A stretch of 64,000 nucleotides of DNA. Source: Octopus sinensis. Taxonomy: Eukaryota. Below, in pieces: positions 49,930 to 63,362 of the stretch. Every line of letters begins with the position of its first letter. Within the stretch, counting starts at the first letter, position 1. The stretch spans positions 44,640,001 through 44,704,000 of the forward strand of contig NC_043009.1 of NCBI RefSeq assembly GCF_006345805.1, read 5' to 3'. Below the pieces are notes generated by a model, which was not told the origin of the DNA, did not search any database, and was given only the letters and a program-made list of their open reading frames with translations. The position numbers and the translations under genes were made by a program.

Positions 49930-51199
49930 ATGGAGAATGAAACAGACAGAAGGCGACTGTTAGCCAGAGAGAGACCAAGGCAAAGAACAGCCAGTCTCAC
50001 TCAGGAAGAACTGGATGCAAGATTAAAAAATATATTATTAAATCAATCACAAGAGAAGAGTACAAGATGCATAACGAAAGGCTCGAAGGCATCAAAATGA
50101 AAATAACCTCATTACACAAACGAGAGACATCCAAAGACAGAGAGCAGCACAAAAGCACCAAGATGAAACAGAACAGTAAGCAGCAGAGAGGAGAGAAGAT
50201 CTAAGAATATGCGCATCACAAAGGACTTCCCACATGCATCCTGTTGAGGGCCAACAGAAGCAATTTGCTCAACTGTATGTTGTTGACAGCATTCAAGCCA
50301 CCACAGTGCACACTCAAAATGCAGTAAATAAAAAATGTATACCTGAGGTGATGCACAGATTGGATGAGATTATCAGAGAGAACAATGTCTATGCTGCCTC
50401 TTACCGGACATTACAAGAAGTAGAACTGCATGAGGTGCAGCATGTCCAACAGGAACAGAGGCCTATGTCTGTCATAAATTTGATCTTCAACAGGGGTCGC
50501 ACTGCTGATAGGCAGAAATACAATTTACCAACAGTTACTGAAATAGCTATGGTGTTCAGCAATACTGACAGTGAGCCACCATTCAACAGAGATTTCAAGG
50601 TTTATCCAAGAAACAATGAAGTCCCTGTGATCAGTCTGAACATTCTTAGCCCCAACCTCAACCCAATGACATATGTATTGTTCTTTCCATATGGTGAGCC
50701 AGGTTGGCAACCATATATGATTAGTAATAAAAATAGAGCAAACTCAAGGCAAAATGTTACAATGCTCCAACATAAAGTATCTCTTAAAGCAGTCAGAGAT
50801 GGTAAATTCAAGAGATGGCAAGCTCTTCCAGCAATGGGCAGTAGACTCTTACCTGCAAGTTGAAGGTAACAATATAAATTTTGTGAAGAACCATCAACAC
50901 AGGTTAAAAGCAGAACAATACTGTGGTCCTGCTGATCGTTTACGGAATTCTGGCAATGCTGCAAATGCCCACCTGTTGATTATTTTGCACCCTGATGATA
51001 AATTGGATGATCCTGAAAGAATTAATCAAATTGTCTGTGCCGAGATCCTGGATCTTTTTCCTTGATGACCCTGGAGGTACGGGAAAGACCTACCTGTACA
51101 ATACATTGATAGCTTCTCTAAGAAGGCAAAACAAATGTGTCTTCTCCTATGCTCAAATAACCTTAACATACCTATATGTGTGACTGTATGTCAGTCACA
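49930..51199 (+). mobile_element. Internally deleted Helitron (Rep and PIF1-helicase remnants) in the ETFRF1 intron
   Basis: FAQLYVVD, YNLPTVTEIA, PMTYVLFFPYGEPGW, GKLFQQWAVDSY, INQIVCAEI, FFLDDPGGTGKTYLYN (Walker A); 8-bp hairpin TGTGACTG-TATGT-CAGTCACA at 51179-51199. Confidence 0.88.
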
Positions 51200-51942
51200 A
51201 ACTATGAGTACGGTTATTGTTAGTTCTCCTGTCCAGAAATAATCGTGTACTCATTTCATATCTTTGAAACAGATGTTTTGCTTACAAAATAGATAAGGGT
51301 TAGTGACAGGTAGGACATCCAGCTGTAAAACAATGCCCTCAGTAATATATTCATGTAAGCCATGCAAGCATGGAAAAAAAACCAGATGTGAAATGAAAAG
51401 ATTGCAACTTGTTTTTAATTTTGGACATTTTGTTGATGTTTAACCCCAAGTCAGTAATGAGATTGAGCAGACCTATGATCAAAGGCATTCCAATTGCAGC
51501 CATTGCCACTTTTATTTTCAGATACAGTGCATCTAAGAAAACAATGTGTTTTTTTTTTTTTTTAAGATTATAGAGCATGGTTTGAAGGAGATTTGGCTGT
51601 GTTTTTTTTCTAGCAGCTACAAAATGACAACATTTAGTATTATTGCTGTGTCCATGTTCTGCTGGGAAGAGATAAGAATGACTGTTAATGCTTGCAGGAA
51701 ATGCACTGGATTTTAGAGGTCCAACCCATACCGTATCTACATAATATTGATGTGTATAGATAATTATTTTAATTATTATGTCTAATATTAGATCAGCATA
51801 CCAAAATGATTGTTAGAATATTAATGATAATGGTAAATGCACTAAATACTTCTATTGTCTAAGAATATTCTTAAAATGTTCCTGCTTCAGTGTATATTTT
51901 CTCTCATCTCTCTGATTGATGTCTTATTTTACTATTTTCTAG

Positions 51943-52152
51943 TTATTACACTTGGGAAAAGATTATCCAAAAGGTTATGAATATTTCCGGACCAAGTTAA
52001 AGACTGTTTTCATTAAGAACCAGAACCTGACAGACCCCAAGGACATTGAACTGATGATTGCCCGCGGTGAATATATTGTTAAAGAGCTTGAAGCTTTATA
52101 CATGCTGAAAAAATATCGCACACTGAAACGACGCTACGGCGATATAAAGTAG
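51943..52152 (+). CDS. ETFRF1: ETFRF1/LYRM5 coding exon 2 (LLHLGKDYPKGYEYFRTKLKTVFIKNQNLTDPKDIELMIARGEYIVKELEALYMLKKYRTLKRRYGDIK*)
   Basis: Acceptor TATTTTCTAG at 51942, in frame to TAG at 52152; matches LLYLGRDYPKG...KELEALYFLRKYRAMKQRY. Joined protein is 87 aa. Confidence 0.94.
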   Translation, partial: LLHLGKDYPKGYEYFRTKLKTVFIKNQNLTDPKDIELMIARGEYIVKELEALYMLKKYRTLKRRYGDIK

Positions 52153-55100
52153 TCACTGTGTGACTCTACAAGTTGTTTTTCTTCAAACAACAAACCATGG
52201 CTAAATCTGTGACCCAACATTTTCGGAAACATGGTTTATTGTTTGTGGAAAAATTACCTCAGACATTATTTGTCTTTCAATGTCTTTAAGAGAATGGTGC
52301 AGAGTTTGTTAGTGTATCTTTTCTTACATTGGTGCTGTGGGAAAGAATTAGGAAATATCATTTCGAATAACTAAAATGATAATTAGTTGATTTTGGACAA
52401 CAAAGTCTTTTATTATGAATATTTGGTTAGCATTGTGTCACTGAAGTAAAAATAGAGATACATTTATAAATAATTATTAAATAAATTGTTGATAGAGTAT
52501 TCGTTATTATTGGAAAATTATATATACTTATTAAACTGTTGTTTATTTTCTTCCTTTCTCACTGTTGGTGTTTAAAAGCTGTTTCGTTGATTCCATCCTG
52601 AAAAGTTTCAATCTAACATATTTATGAACTGTAAATAATATTAAAAAATGTTATTGTAAATTATTGTCATTAATATTATTCTGCTTCTCATCGTGTTTAT
52701 GTGTTGGAGTGTTAGGCATTAAGCAATTTCAAATGCGGGGAAAAAAAAATGATATAATTAAAATACAGGATGCAGCAGAAAAAACCTCTTATATTGTACA
52801 CAGTCATTTGAATGGCATTAGTGAAGTAATGCAGCTGGTAATAGTGTCTTTATGTTACTAATGCTTTACCATTTTCCTTCAGTTACCATCATGGTTTGAT
52901 CTGGTGCACATTGTATGTTTGCTGTTGAAACATTTGTTGAGAGTGATGAACAAGAGGTTCTTGCTGCTGCATCCTGTATATAACATAATAAAACAATGTT
53001 GTTCTGTAAATTTATGCATCAGAATAGAAAAGAAAATTTGTAAGACACAAAATTTCCACAGGTCCCACTAGTATGAAATAATTTGGTTCGAGTTTGTTCC
53101 TCACATCAGTTGCTCAGTTAATCTTGTGTCTTATGTAGGACAGAAATCAAAGGTTTGCCATTCTTGCCCATTTTAGGTCAGTTTCTGAATGATATTTCAG
53201 AGGTGTTTCTTAGTCTTGGATTCTCCCCTTCCACTATTTGCTACTAAGTGTTCTTCATGCTGTGCCTCTGCCATCTTCCCTGTATTGGCCAATAAAGAAT
53301 GGTCCAGATGAAGACGGTATCACAATCTCTTCAGATGATACAACTCCATTTCCATCACCTCTCAGGGTTCCCTGCCTTTTTCTCTACACCAAACAAGCAA
53401 GTGTTGACTAGAGAAGGTATGAGGTCAGGAGATCTACACCAGTCATAGGCAAAACTGCAGCTCGCATGACTTTCTGAATGGTACACCTAATGAAAAATTA
53501 CCTTGGTCTTCTTTTTATAGTATGGCCTGCTTGATGATGAACCAGCTCTCATGTGGCTCACTTCTTGAAAAAGAATACTCTTAACTAATCTACACCAAAC
53601 AAGTAATTGTTCACAGAAGGTGTTAGTCCAGTAATTCCATACTGCTAGCACGAGTAAAGTGGTTTGACAGGATCTCCTGTGCCCAAGGACTGTATCTTGT
53701 CCCAGTATCTGATTTGACATGTTTTCTTACAGTTGGCTTCCCTTCCTAATGTGAATCACTCTACAATGTGTGTTGGTGCTTTTTTCATGCCATTGGCATT
53801 TGTCAGTCACCATGCAAGAATATGGACCCTGAGAAGGTAGCTTTATGCTAGGAGATGAAGAATAGAGAAGGGTAAATTGTGTATATGTCGTCATTCAACA
53901 TTCACTTTCTATGCTGGCATGGGTTGGATAGTTTGACGGGTATCAGTGAGCTGCAAAGCCATGTTGAGCTCTGATATCAGCTTTGGTATAGTTTCTGTGG
54001 CTGGATGCCCTTCCTAATGCCAACCACTTTATAAAGTGTATCAGAAGCTTTTTGTGCCACTGGCAGTTGTGAGGCTGCTGTGTAATCTTGGAAGGCAGGA
54101 AGAGAACAGGGTAAAAAGAAAAAGCTTATACTGCTAAGAGGGGAGTGTTTGAATGAGGAAGGTGGCAGTGGATGACTTTTATGCCAAGTGTTGAAAGGCT
54201 AAAGTAAGATAGTGTGATAAGCAGAGGTGTCTTACTGTAGAGGTGAAACATGGCTGAAGGAAACAGAAGGAAGGTTGTCAGGGGTGCTAGAGCACACTCT
54301 CAAGGTACAAGAGGGGGAGCATAAGAGAAGATACAAACAGTGGTTCATAGGAGGGGATGAAAAGGTGGATACTTTCATAAGAGGACATTGTTAAAGATGA
54401 TGGTAGAGATGAATATAGTGAGTGAGGAACAAGAGTGGAAGTAGCTGAAAGGAAATGCCAGTATGGAGAGAGGTAAGGTGAAAGATGTAGGAGTGGGTCA
54501 GGAAGAAGAACAGTTCAGAAAGCAGTGAAATCATATGCAAAGTGTAGGAGCAGTGGATATATATATATATATATATATATATAAGGGGCTATAGTAAGTG
54601 GGGCATGACGATAGATATGAGAAGGTACTGAGAATAATAGCAGATAAGAGAGATGTTAAGAAAGGTGTATAGTGGTGTGGAGAGAGAGAGAGAGAGAGAG
54701 CAGTGGCTGAAGGCACAGCAAGGAGGTGATTGGGCAAGGATGATAATAGGAGAGGGAGGTAGCTAGCAGAAAGGATGGGATGCAATAATGTGTTGATTCT
54801 GTTCTCAGGTGGTCAGAGCAGCTGAGTGGTACCATAGAGTGGTAGATGTTAGGGGATGAGAATTGGGTGGGGTGGAGGATACTTGACAGGGTAGAGAGAG
54901 AGAGGAGTGGTTGGCTGGGTCCCTACAATAAGTGTTCTTTAAATTCAAAAATTCAAAGTACAGTAACTGAATAAATGAGTCAATACTGCTTTTACTTGTT
55001 TCAGTCATTTGACTGTGGCCATGCTGGAGCACCGCCTTCAGTCGAGCAAATCGATCCCAGGACTTATTCTTTGTAAACCTGGTACTTATTCTATCGGTCT

Positions 55101-55374
55101 CTTTTGCCGAACCACTAAGTTACGGGGACGTAAACACGCCGGCATTGGTTGTCAAGGGATGTTGGGGGTACGAACACATATATACGACGGGCTTCTTTCA
55201 GCTTCCGTCTACCAAATCCACTCACAAGACTTTGGTCAGCCCAAGGCTATAGTAGAAGACACTTGCCCAAGGTGCCACGCAGTGGGACTGAACTCGGAAC
55301 CATGTGGTTGCTAAGCAAGCTACTTACCACACAGCCATACCTAAAGACGTATTAGAAGTATTTAAAGTTGTCTC

Positions 55375-55440
<66 letters not shown>

Positions 55441-56688
55441 TTAGTTGTGTACATATTGGACCCATGGAAATTTCCTGTTTTATGGAGTTGTTCTTTTATT
55501 TGTTTCGATGCATAAATTTATATACTTTCGTAATATTATTTCATTATGTTAAATATTTTAATGATAATGAGCTTGATATCAAATTGCGTTTGTTGAAAAA
55601 TTAAAATTTATGGAGCAGCTGATTTAATTCACACCAGTATATGACCAAAAATTATTTTATTGTCCCTGGAAGCATGAAAATATTGTCACACTTATCAGAA
55701 CATAACTACAGTTGCAAGGCATTTTGCCGAATATTCCAAAACGTGTACCAATCTACTGCCCTGACCAGTATAAGGAATGTTAAGCATTAACTTAGCATTT
55801 TATTTTCTACTCATTTAAACTGTTGCCTCCTCCCTACAATTTATTACCTCCTCCTCTCTCTTGCTGTCCTACCGTCCTGTCTGACGCGAAGAGATAAAAA
55901 TTGGAAGATCTAAGCAGGGTTATTTCCCTTCGTAAGCATAGCATGACTTAGGAATTCTTGTAGTGACAAAGCAGTACAGTATTAATCATAAAAATGAATC
56001 AGCATTTATATATTGTAAGGAATATGTGTGTAGGCCCTTTAACATCATTCAAAAACAAATACAAAAAGAGAAGAATGAAGAAGAAGAAAAAAACGAAAGT
56101 AATTAAAGAAATAATGTAAAGCTCATAAATCTTTATCTTTTACTTGTTTCAGTCATTTGAGTGTGGCCATGTTGGGGCACTGCCTTGAAGGATTTTAGTC
56201 AAACAAAACTTATTTTATAAATCTTTTGTCGAACCGCTAAGTTACAGGGATGTAAGCATGCTAACACCGGTTGTCAAGCAGTGGTGGGAGACAGACAGGC
56301 AGACACATGACGGGCTTCTTTCAGTTTCCGTCTAACAAATCCACTCACAAGGCTTTGGTTAGTCCTAGACTTGTAGAAGACACTTGCCTGCAGTGTCATG
56401 CAGCAGGACTGAACTCAGAACCATGTAGTTGGAAAGCAAGCTTCTTACCACACTTTTTTTTTTTTAATTCAGCTCTAAATTTCTGGAACATATTCAAGTA
56501 TCATCATTAGTATTTCAGGGTGATGGATTGATAGAATCATTAGAGCATCAGAAAAAATGCTTTGTGATATTTAATTTCGACTTTTTACATTCTAAGTTTT
56601 AAACCCATCACAGCTATCTTGCTCTTCATCCTTTCAGAGTTGACAAAAATAAAGTACGAGTCAAGTATAAGCAATCGTTAGTATCAAG

Positions 56689-57053
56689 CAGTGTTTCTTA
56701 ACCATTTTTTGTATATGGACCCCCCTTTGATTCCTATTTTATTCAGATGGATTCTCAAAGCCATTCAATGTTTAAAAAACCATATATTCTTATAATTAAA
56801 TATTAGAAATTGTATTAAAAAATTGTGAAAATATTTTGTGTTGTAAAAGTATAACCAATTTATTGAATAAACTTTAACAGCAAAATCTTATATGAACCAT
56901 ATACAGGGTGATTCAAAACTCACCATACATAGGAAAAATTATTTTTTTATGAGAAACAGTTGAATAAAAAAACTGTTTCTTATAAAAAAAATTAATTGTT
57001 CATATGTATGGCGACTTTTGAATCACCCTGTAGACCCCAGTTAAGAGTCACTG
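56689..57053. mobile_element. hAT/Charlie-like MITE hosting the mariner MITE
   Basis: Imperfect TIRs CAGTGTTTCTTAACC and AGTTAAGAGTCACTG; no clear 8-bp TSD. Confidence 0.55.
56904..57030. mobile_element. Tc1/mariner-type fold-back MITE (127 bp)
   Basis: TA|CAGGGTGATTCAAAA ... TTTTGAATCACCCTG|TA; nearly the whole element is an imperfect palindrome. Confidence 0.88.
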
Positions 57054-57239
57054 AGTTAGATTAAACCCCCAAACCTTCTCAAAGTAGTTTGCTTTGATTC
57101 TAGATTAAGAACAGTTATTAAGTAATATTTCAAAAATGTAAAACAGTAAATACATGCCTGTAATCAATATTAATACATAATGAAATCCCATTATCTAATA
57201 GTAAATTATTTTTACTTTAATAATAAAAATGATTGTTAA

Positions 57240-57462
57240 CCCATTAAGTCCCAGAGTACTTAAATTTTTGAATATTACTTTTATATTTTTACAGATGATT
57301 GAAAAGAGGTTAGAATGAAAAAAAAAATTATTAAAACTCCTTTACTTCAAGTAGAAATGGAAATACTTGGTGTCCTATAAATAGGACACTAAGACAATGT
57401 GATATAGCTTATTTAATGTTCTTGTTTAGTGTCCTATTTATAGGACAGTGGGACTTAATGGG
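57240..57462. mobile_element. piggyBac-type MITE (second family)
   Basis: TTAA|CCCATTAAGTCCCA ... TGGGACTTAATGGG|TTAA; two internal palindromes TGTCCTATWWATAGGACA in inverted orientation (57370, 57429). Confidence 0.88.
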
Positions 57463-57508
57463 TTAAGGTATAAAATAATTATAAACTGAATTTTAATAGA
57501 CTACTAAC

Positions 57509-57545
<37 letters not shown>

Positions 57546-57547
57546 AA

Positions 57548-58245
57548 CAGCAAGCGGGCAGAATCATTAGCATGCTGGGCAAAATGCTTAGCAGCATTTT
57601 GTTCATCTTGTTCAGAGTTGAAATGTTGCTGAAGTCAACTTTGCCTTTCATGCTTTTGGGGGTCAATAAATGAAGTACCAGTGAAACACTGGGGGTGATG
57701 TACATAGGCTAGTGCCCTCCCTCCCTCAAAACTTCAGGCCTTGTGCCTTTAGTAGAAAGAATTATTATTAAGATGATAGCGAGCTAGCAGAATCATTAGC
57801 ATGCTGGACAATATGCTTTGTAGTATATCTTCCAGCTTTATGTTCCTAGTTCAAAATCTGCTGAGGTTGACTTTGCTCTTTATCCTTTCGGGGTTGATGC
57901 ATTAAGTACCAGTTAGACACTGGGGTTGATTTAATTGATTCCTCCTTTCCTCACATTTTCTAGCTTTGTACCAAAAATTAGAAGTAATAATAATAATTAT
58001 TATTATTATTATTCAGACAGAAAGCTGGCAGTATAATTAGCACACTGGAAAAAATGTTTAGTGGTATTTCCTTCTAGTTTTATGTTTTGAGATCAATCCC
58101 TGTTGAGGTTGGCTTTCCCTCTCATCCTTTTGTGGATTGATGAAGCAAGTATCAGTTAACCACTAAGGTTGATGTAATTGACTATCCTCCCACCTGCCCC
58201 ACCAAATTTCAGGCTTTGTGCCTATAGTAGAAAAGCTAATTGTTA
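57548..58245 (+). mobile_element. Three decayed tandem SINE B copies with tail type 2, separated by (TAT)n
   Basis: Same head and core as family B but ending GGCCTTGTGCCT(TT/AT)AGTAGAAA...(ATT)n. Related copies at 13168-13383-, 39830-40037-, 45315-45495+. Confidence 0.75.
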
Positions 58246-61200
58246 TTATTCACACACACACACATACACATACACATATATATTTAGAACTTGATTTGTT
58301 AATTTAATCTATTTCCAACATATTTTAATTTCCTTGTTCGAAAATATAAGGACACAGATCATGTGTTGTATGGGCAGTTGGAGATGATGTCTCCTGGGGC
58401 TAAACAACAGTAGCATTCATCCCAAATGGGACTGCCACATTAGGTTGGCAAATAATCTTTACTCTAATTTGTTTTTGATTTATTTCGGTTTCGTAGCTAT
58501 AGCTTTGGAATCTTACAAATGGTATTTAATAGTAATTCTGTTGTATTGTAATAGTAATTCTGTATGCATGCTCAAGTGAGTGAGTATACACATATATACA
58601 CACACACATATTCTTTTACTTGTTTCAGTCATTTGACTGCAGCCATGCTGGAGCACCGCCTTTAGTTGAGCAAATCGACCCCAGGACTTATTCTTTGTAA
58701 GCCTAGTACTTATTCTATCAGTCTCTTTTGCTGAACTGCTAAGTTATGGGGACGTAAACACACCAGCATGAGTTGTCAGGAATTTTTTTAGCTAGTTCAA
58801 TGTTGCATGTTAGTAATTTGGTTTATTAGCAACTGCACATACACTCACAATGATTTTAATATCAAGATTTCACATCTTTGAAATATAAACTTGATAGATA
58901 CAATTCTGAAATTATCAAATTTGGAAAACTGTTTATATCATTGACAATGTTTTCCATTTGTTTTTATTTGTATTTTAATTACTTTGTTTTGTTTAATTAA
59001 TAGATATGAGGTTTGCTCGTATTTTTCACAATATAAAAATGCTGATTGATTTTTATAACCAGCAATCCTATTATGACTTTTACTCTTATTTTGTGATATT
59101 GCCACTGTTTGAAGAGCCAATTTTGATGAACCGAAGTAACAGTCCACCCTGTAATATATGTGTGTGTGTGTATTCCTTTATCTCCTACAGAAAAGAAGCT
59201 TGAAACATAATATAGTGTAACTGAAATTGTTAACATGGCCTATTTGTTGAAGATGTGAAAAAATACTTTTGATTATATTTCAATACATATCTCCCAATAT
59301 AATAATCAGCGTAGTGTTATATATATATCATATTTGTCCAGAGTCATGCTGAACGCAGAAGAGGAGAGAAAATAGTAATTCAGTGAAGGAGAAGTAGTGA
59401 GAGTAATAGCCCTGACAGAGGGAGTGAGAGAAAGTAATAGCAACAAGAGAAAGGAAGGGGTGATAGATGAATAAGGAAGGAGTGAAAAAATGTGTTTCCA
59501 CTCTGTAGGAGTATATGTGATTATTATGTACCTTATTTATATATAAAATACTACAATTAGCCATCATTATTGACAGCACATGGTCAGCTAGTTTCTTAAT
59601 ATAATCCCAGAGGTGCATTTTAATATATAAATCACAAGTTTTCTATACAAATCGTGCATTAATAACTAGGCTTTTGGTACATGAAGATACAGAAGAACCT
59701 CAGAATGTAACAGAATCTTGCAGAATGTAACAATCTTCAATGGATTTGAAAAAATATATACAAATATGGGTAGCAGCATTGTTCTCTGAAATTCACAGAA
59801 GTGACACCCTAAGAACCTGTCAATTTCATATACTTTGTTTATATTTTATAATTATTTCTCATAAATCTTTAATTCCTAACAACTGTTCATTGTTATATCT
59901 AGGCCTATTGTTGTTTTGTAAGATAAGCTTTGAATGAGAATAAAAAATTGAAATTTTTATTGTTTAAAAATTATTTATTTTTACTTATTTCAGTCATTGG
60001 AGCGACGCCACACTGGGGCATCACCTTGAATTTTAAGTGAATGATTCGACCCCAGTAATATTTTTTTAAAACCCTGGTACTTATTCTATCAGTCTCTTTT
60101 TGCCAAACTGCTAAGCTACGTAGACTTAAACACAGTAACACTAGTTGTCAGGCGGTGGTGGCGAACACACACACACATGACGGGCTTCTTTTAGTTTCCG
60201 TTAACCAAATCCACTCGCAAGGGTCTGGTTTGCCCGAGGCTATAGTAAAAGACAGTTGCCCAAGGTGCCATTTAGTTGGACTGAACGTAGAACGATGTGG
60301 TTAGGAAGCAAACTTCTTACCACACAGGTACGCCTGTGCAAACTGTTTATCATATTTTGATTTAATAAACAGCCCACGTAATTTAAGAAATACCTGGGCT
60401 TTCGTATGAATTTCATCTTTGAAAACCCAAATATTTGACGAAACAAGCTGCATTTAAATTAAATGTAAATTACAAGGAAGATAACTGTTTGAACTGTTTA
60501 ATTATCTCCCTTGTGTTTATTACCCAGTATCGGAAATGAGATTTATTCCTCGTTAAATTGTAAAATGAAACAAGTAAATAAAATTCTGTTTTTAGTGAAT
60601 GTAGGGTAGGGCGTAAATCGAAGTATAAACCTAGATAAACTAAGCCTAAAATAGATATTCGTTGGTTACAGCTGCAACGCTTTTGATCAGAGATTTTAGG
60701 TCTGATCTTGGGTTAAACATCAACAGCTTTATACATATAGTATGCATTGTGTGTAAATCGATGCATCTAGGCTTCTATTTTCTCCCCGTTAATTGAGCAA
60801 CACGCTGTGTTTATATGTGTGAATCCTGAAATGAAGATGAACAGTAGAGAAAATTAACGAGTGATTCATGAGCGGCGAGGGGATGGCAGAAACGTTAGCA
60901 CGCCGGGCGAAATGGGTTGCCGTATTTCGTCTGCCGTTACGTTCTGAGTTCAAATTCCGCCGAGGTCGACTTTGCCTTTCATCCTTTCGGGGTCGATAAA
61001 TTAAGTACCTGTTACGCACTGGGGTCGATGTAATCGACTTAATTCGTTTGTCTGTCCCCTCTGTGTTTAGCTCCTTGTGGGTAATAAAAGAAACATAATT
61101 AACGTGTATTTCGTGCGCGAGAGAAAGTGGGTGTATAACCAATGAATATTTCATAAGAGGTCGGTAGGGGAAGTGAACAACTAACGAGTGTTTCGTGAGC

Positions 61201-61349
61201 TGCGTTGACAAGTTTAAATTCAAATATGAATCCTTTTACGATTCACAGATATAGACTCCATGAATCTATATGCATAAATCCTGATATGAAGATGAAAAAT
61301 GGAGAGAAAACACATCGAAGTAACTTTCAAGTATCTCCCCAACAACATA

Positions 61350-61861
61350 CCGTAAATCCTCGAGTATAATCCACAATTTTCCCCCCCCAAATTTAAAGGT
61401 CAAAGTCCCCAGTGCGTATTATACACGAGGTTAAAAATGAAAATTATTTTCTAAGCAATTTTCGAGTCTATTTGCTGTCTGGCAATGTTTATTCAGACGA
61501 TTTTGTGATGTCGGACACGAAAATACCTTAAGCTAAGCCTGAAAGCAATGAAGTCATAAAAGAATCATCCATAACTTGCAGTAAGCAACATTTTATTAAA
61601 AGTTATTACTGTTATTTCTTTATTTTCTGCAAACAAAATACACACAAAAGCCACACGTTTGCATTATGTTATATGTACGATAATAATAAAGGACGTTACC
61701 GTATAAATTTTTACAAACCAAGGACGTTATATAGACCTCCTTGACTCAAGTTAGAGAATGGGTGCGTATTATACACATGGTTTAGGTTTTTTAGAGGTAC
61801 AGCATCCTAAAAATCCCCTGCGTATTATACTCAAGGGCGGACTACACTCGAGGATTTACGG
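61350..61861. mobile_element. pogo/Tigger-type MITE (512 bp)
   Basis: TA|CCGTAAATCCTCGAGT ... ACTCGAGGATTTACGG|TA; subterminal repeat TGCGTATTATAC occurs three times. Confidence 0.88.
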
Positions 61862-63059
61862 TAAGTAACGCAATTAATGCTTAAACGACAACGAGCATTT
61901 GAAATCGAATCGCGAACCCCGGGGACTTTATCTGCTCTATAGTTCCTTAACATTCAGTACATAGTTAATCTATTAACATTTATCGCTGCTTATTTGCAAA
62001 CTCCTTTAAAAGAAGGCAATGTGAATCAGAAACTATAGGACAAAGTTCAAGTTTCAATGGCACATAATTGTCTATTTAACGAGTGTTTCGTGAACGACGA
62101 GGGGCGGGAACAGTGTATAATTTTTAAGTGTTTCGTGAGCTGCGTTGTCGAGCTCATATTCTTCCTTTGGTTTATGAAAGTTATACTTTTCAGCATACGA
62201 TGTAAGTACATCTTAATGGAAACAGTTAACAAAATTTGTATAGAAGATTAAAAATTCATTCATATTATATTGAAATAGTCGGAATATTAATGTGAAATAT
62301 ATGTTCGATGAATGCAAGTTATTGTCTCGATATTACGAGGCAATAACTAGACTTACTAAATTGGAATGTCTTAGCCTCAAACTATTGTCCTTTTCTAGAT
62401 TCAGTTTACAAATAATTCATCACCCTTAATGTTCAAAATCATTTCAGGTGTTTAGCGACCTCTTGGATAGATCGCAAGGGATCAATATTAACCTGTCTAC
62501 CAAGCTCTCGTCTAGTGATATGCTGCAGTTTATTTCCATCTACAATGCATGTTCTAATTCTAGTTAATTTCTCTTTTTGTACATTAAACGACCGTGCGAA
62601 GAAGAGGCGAGGAGAATGGCTCCTTTAGTACACCGTACGGTCGATACAATATAGGCGAAAAGGATAAATGAGTATAAGTGCCAGAAGGAAAAGAGAGACA
62701 CAAGCAAGTAGAATGTTTAAGAGAAGATTTTATTGATAGGATAACATGTGTGCCTGTGTGTGCGTCATATATACATAATAATAGACAGGCCGTCATGTAT
62801 ACATAATGTTTATATAGAAACATAGATGTGTAACGGGAATAGGTTGCTTCTTGCACTTTTAGGGTGCAACTGGTGCATTCACAATTTCTGTTGCTTAAAT
62901 TTCCAGATTCTACCAGTCAAAGAACACAAACGCGACAGTAAAAATATATACTCTTTATTGTTCTTATAACAGTAAGAAATAAGGTGGTATATTTGGTTCC
63001 ACTTGGTATGGATGTGGTAAGGCTGAAATTTTAACGCTTGTAACAATCTTACAAGTTCA

Positions 63060-63362
63060 GCAGCAAACCGAGCTGGTCAAATATGGCGTCCTTAGAGACC
63101 GAAGAAAATATGGTCTGCAACAATGTCTGGTGGAAAGCCTTCTATCCGACTGCTACGTGAATTAGTTGATCACACGTATGAAAATACGTGCTTTCCCTTC
63201 GGTCGCTGTGCTTCAAGTCATTCTGCTCACTGCTGCTATGCGTCTCCCTGTACCCTTTCTGGTCAAGGTTTTATGCTCCCTTGCCTATCAGCTAAATGCC
63301 ACATCATCTTTCCCTTCTTCCGGTCTTCGCGCATGCGCGAGAGGGCGTTGCGCGCGCGCGCT
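63060..63362. promoter_or_regulatory. Promoter-like CpG island with NRF1, ETS and YY1-like motifs
   Basis: GCGCATGCGC (63329-63338), CTTCCGG (63317-63323), (GC)n tract near 63350, ATGGCG (63083). Confidence 0.6.

Noticed and set aside
53100-53720. Possible minus-strand coding exons downstream of ETFRF1
   Set aside because: All frames are interrupted by stops and good splice sites are missing; more likely an old LINE remnant.
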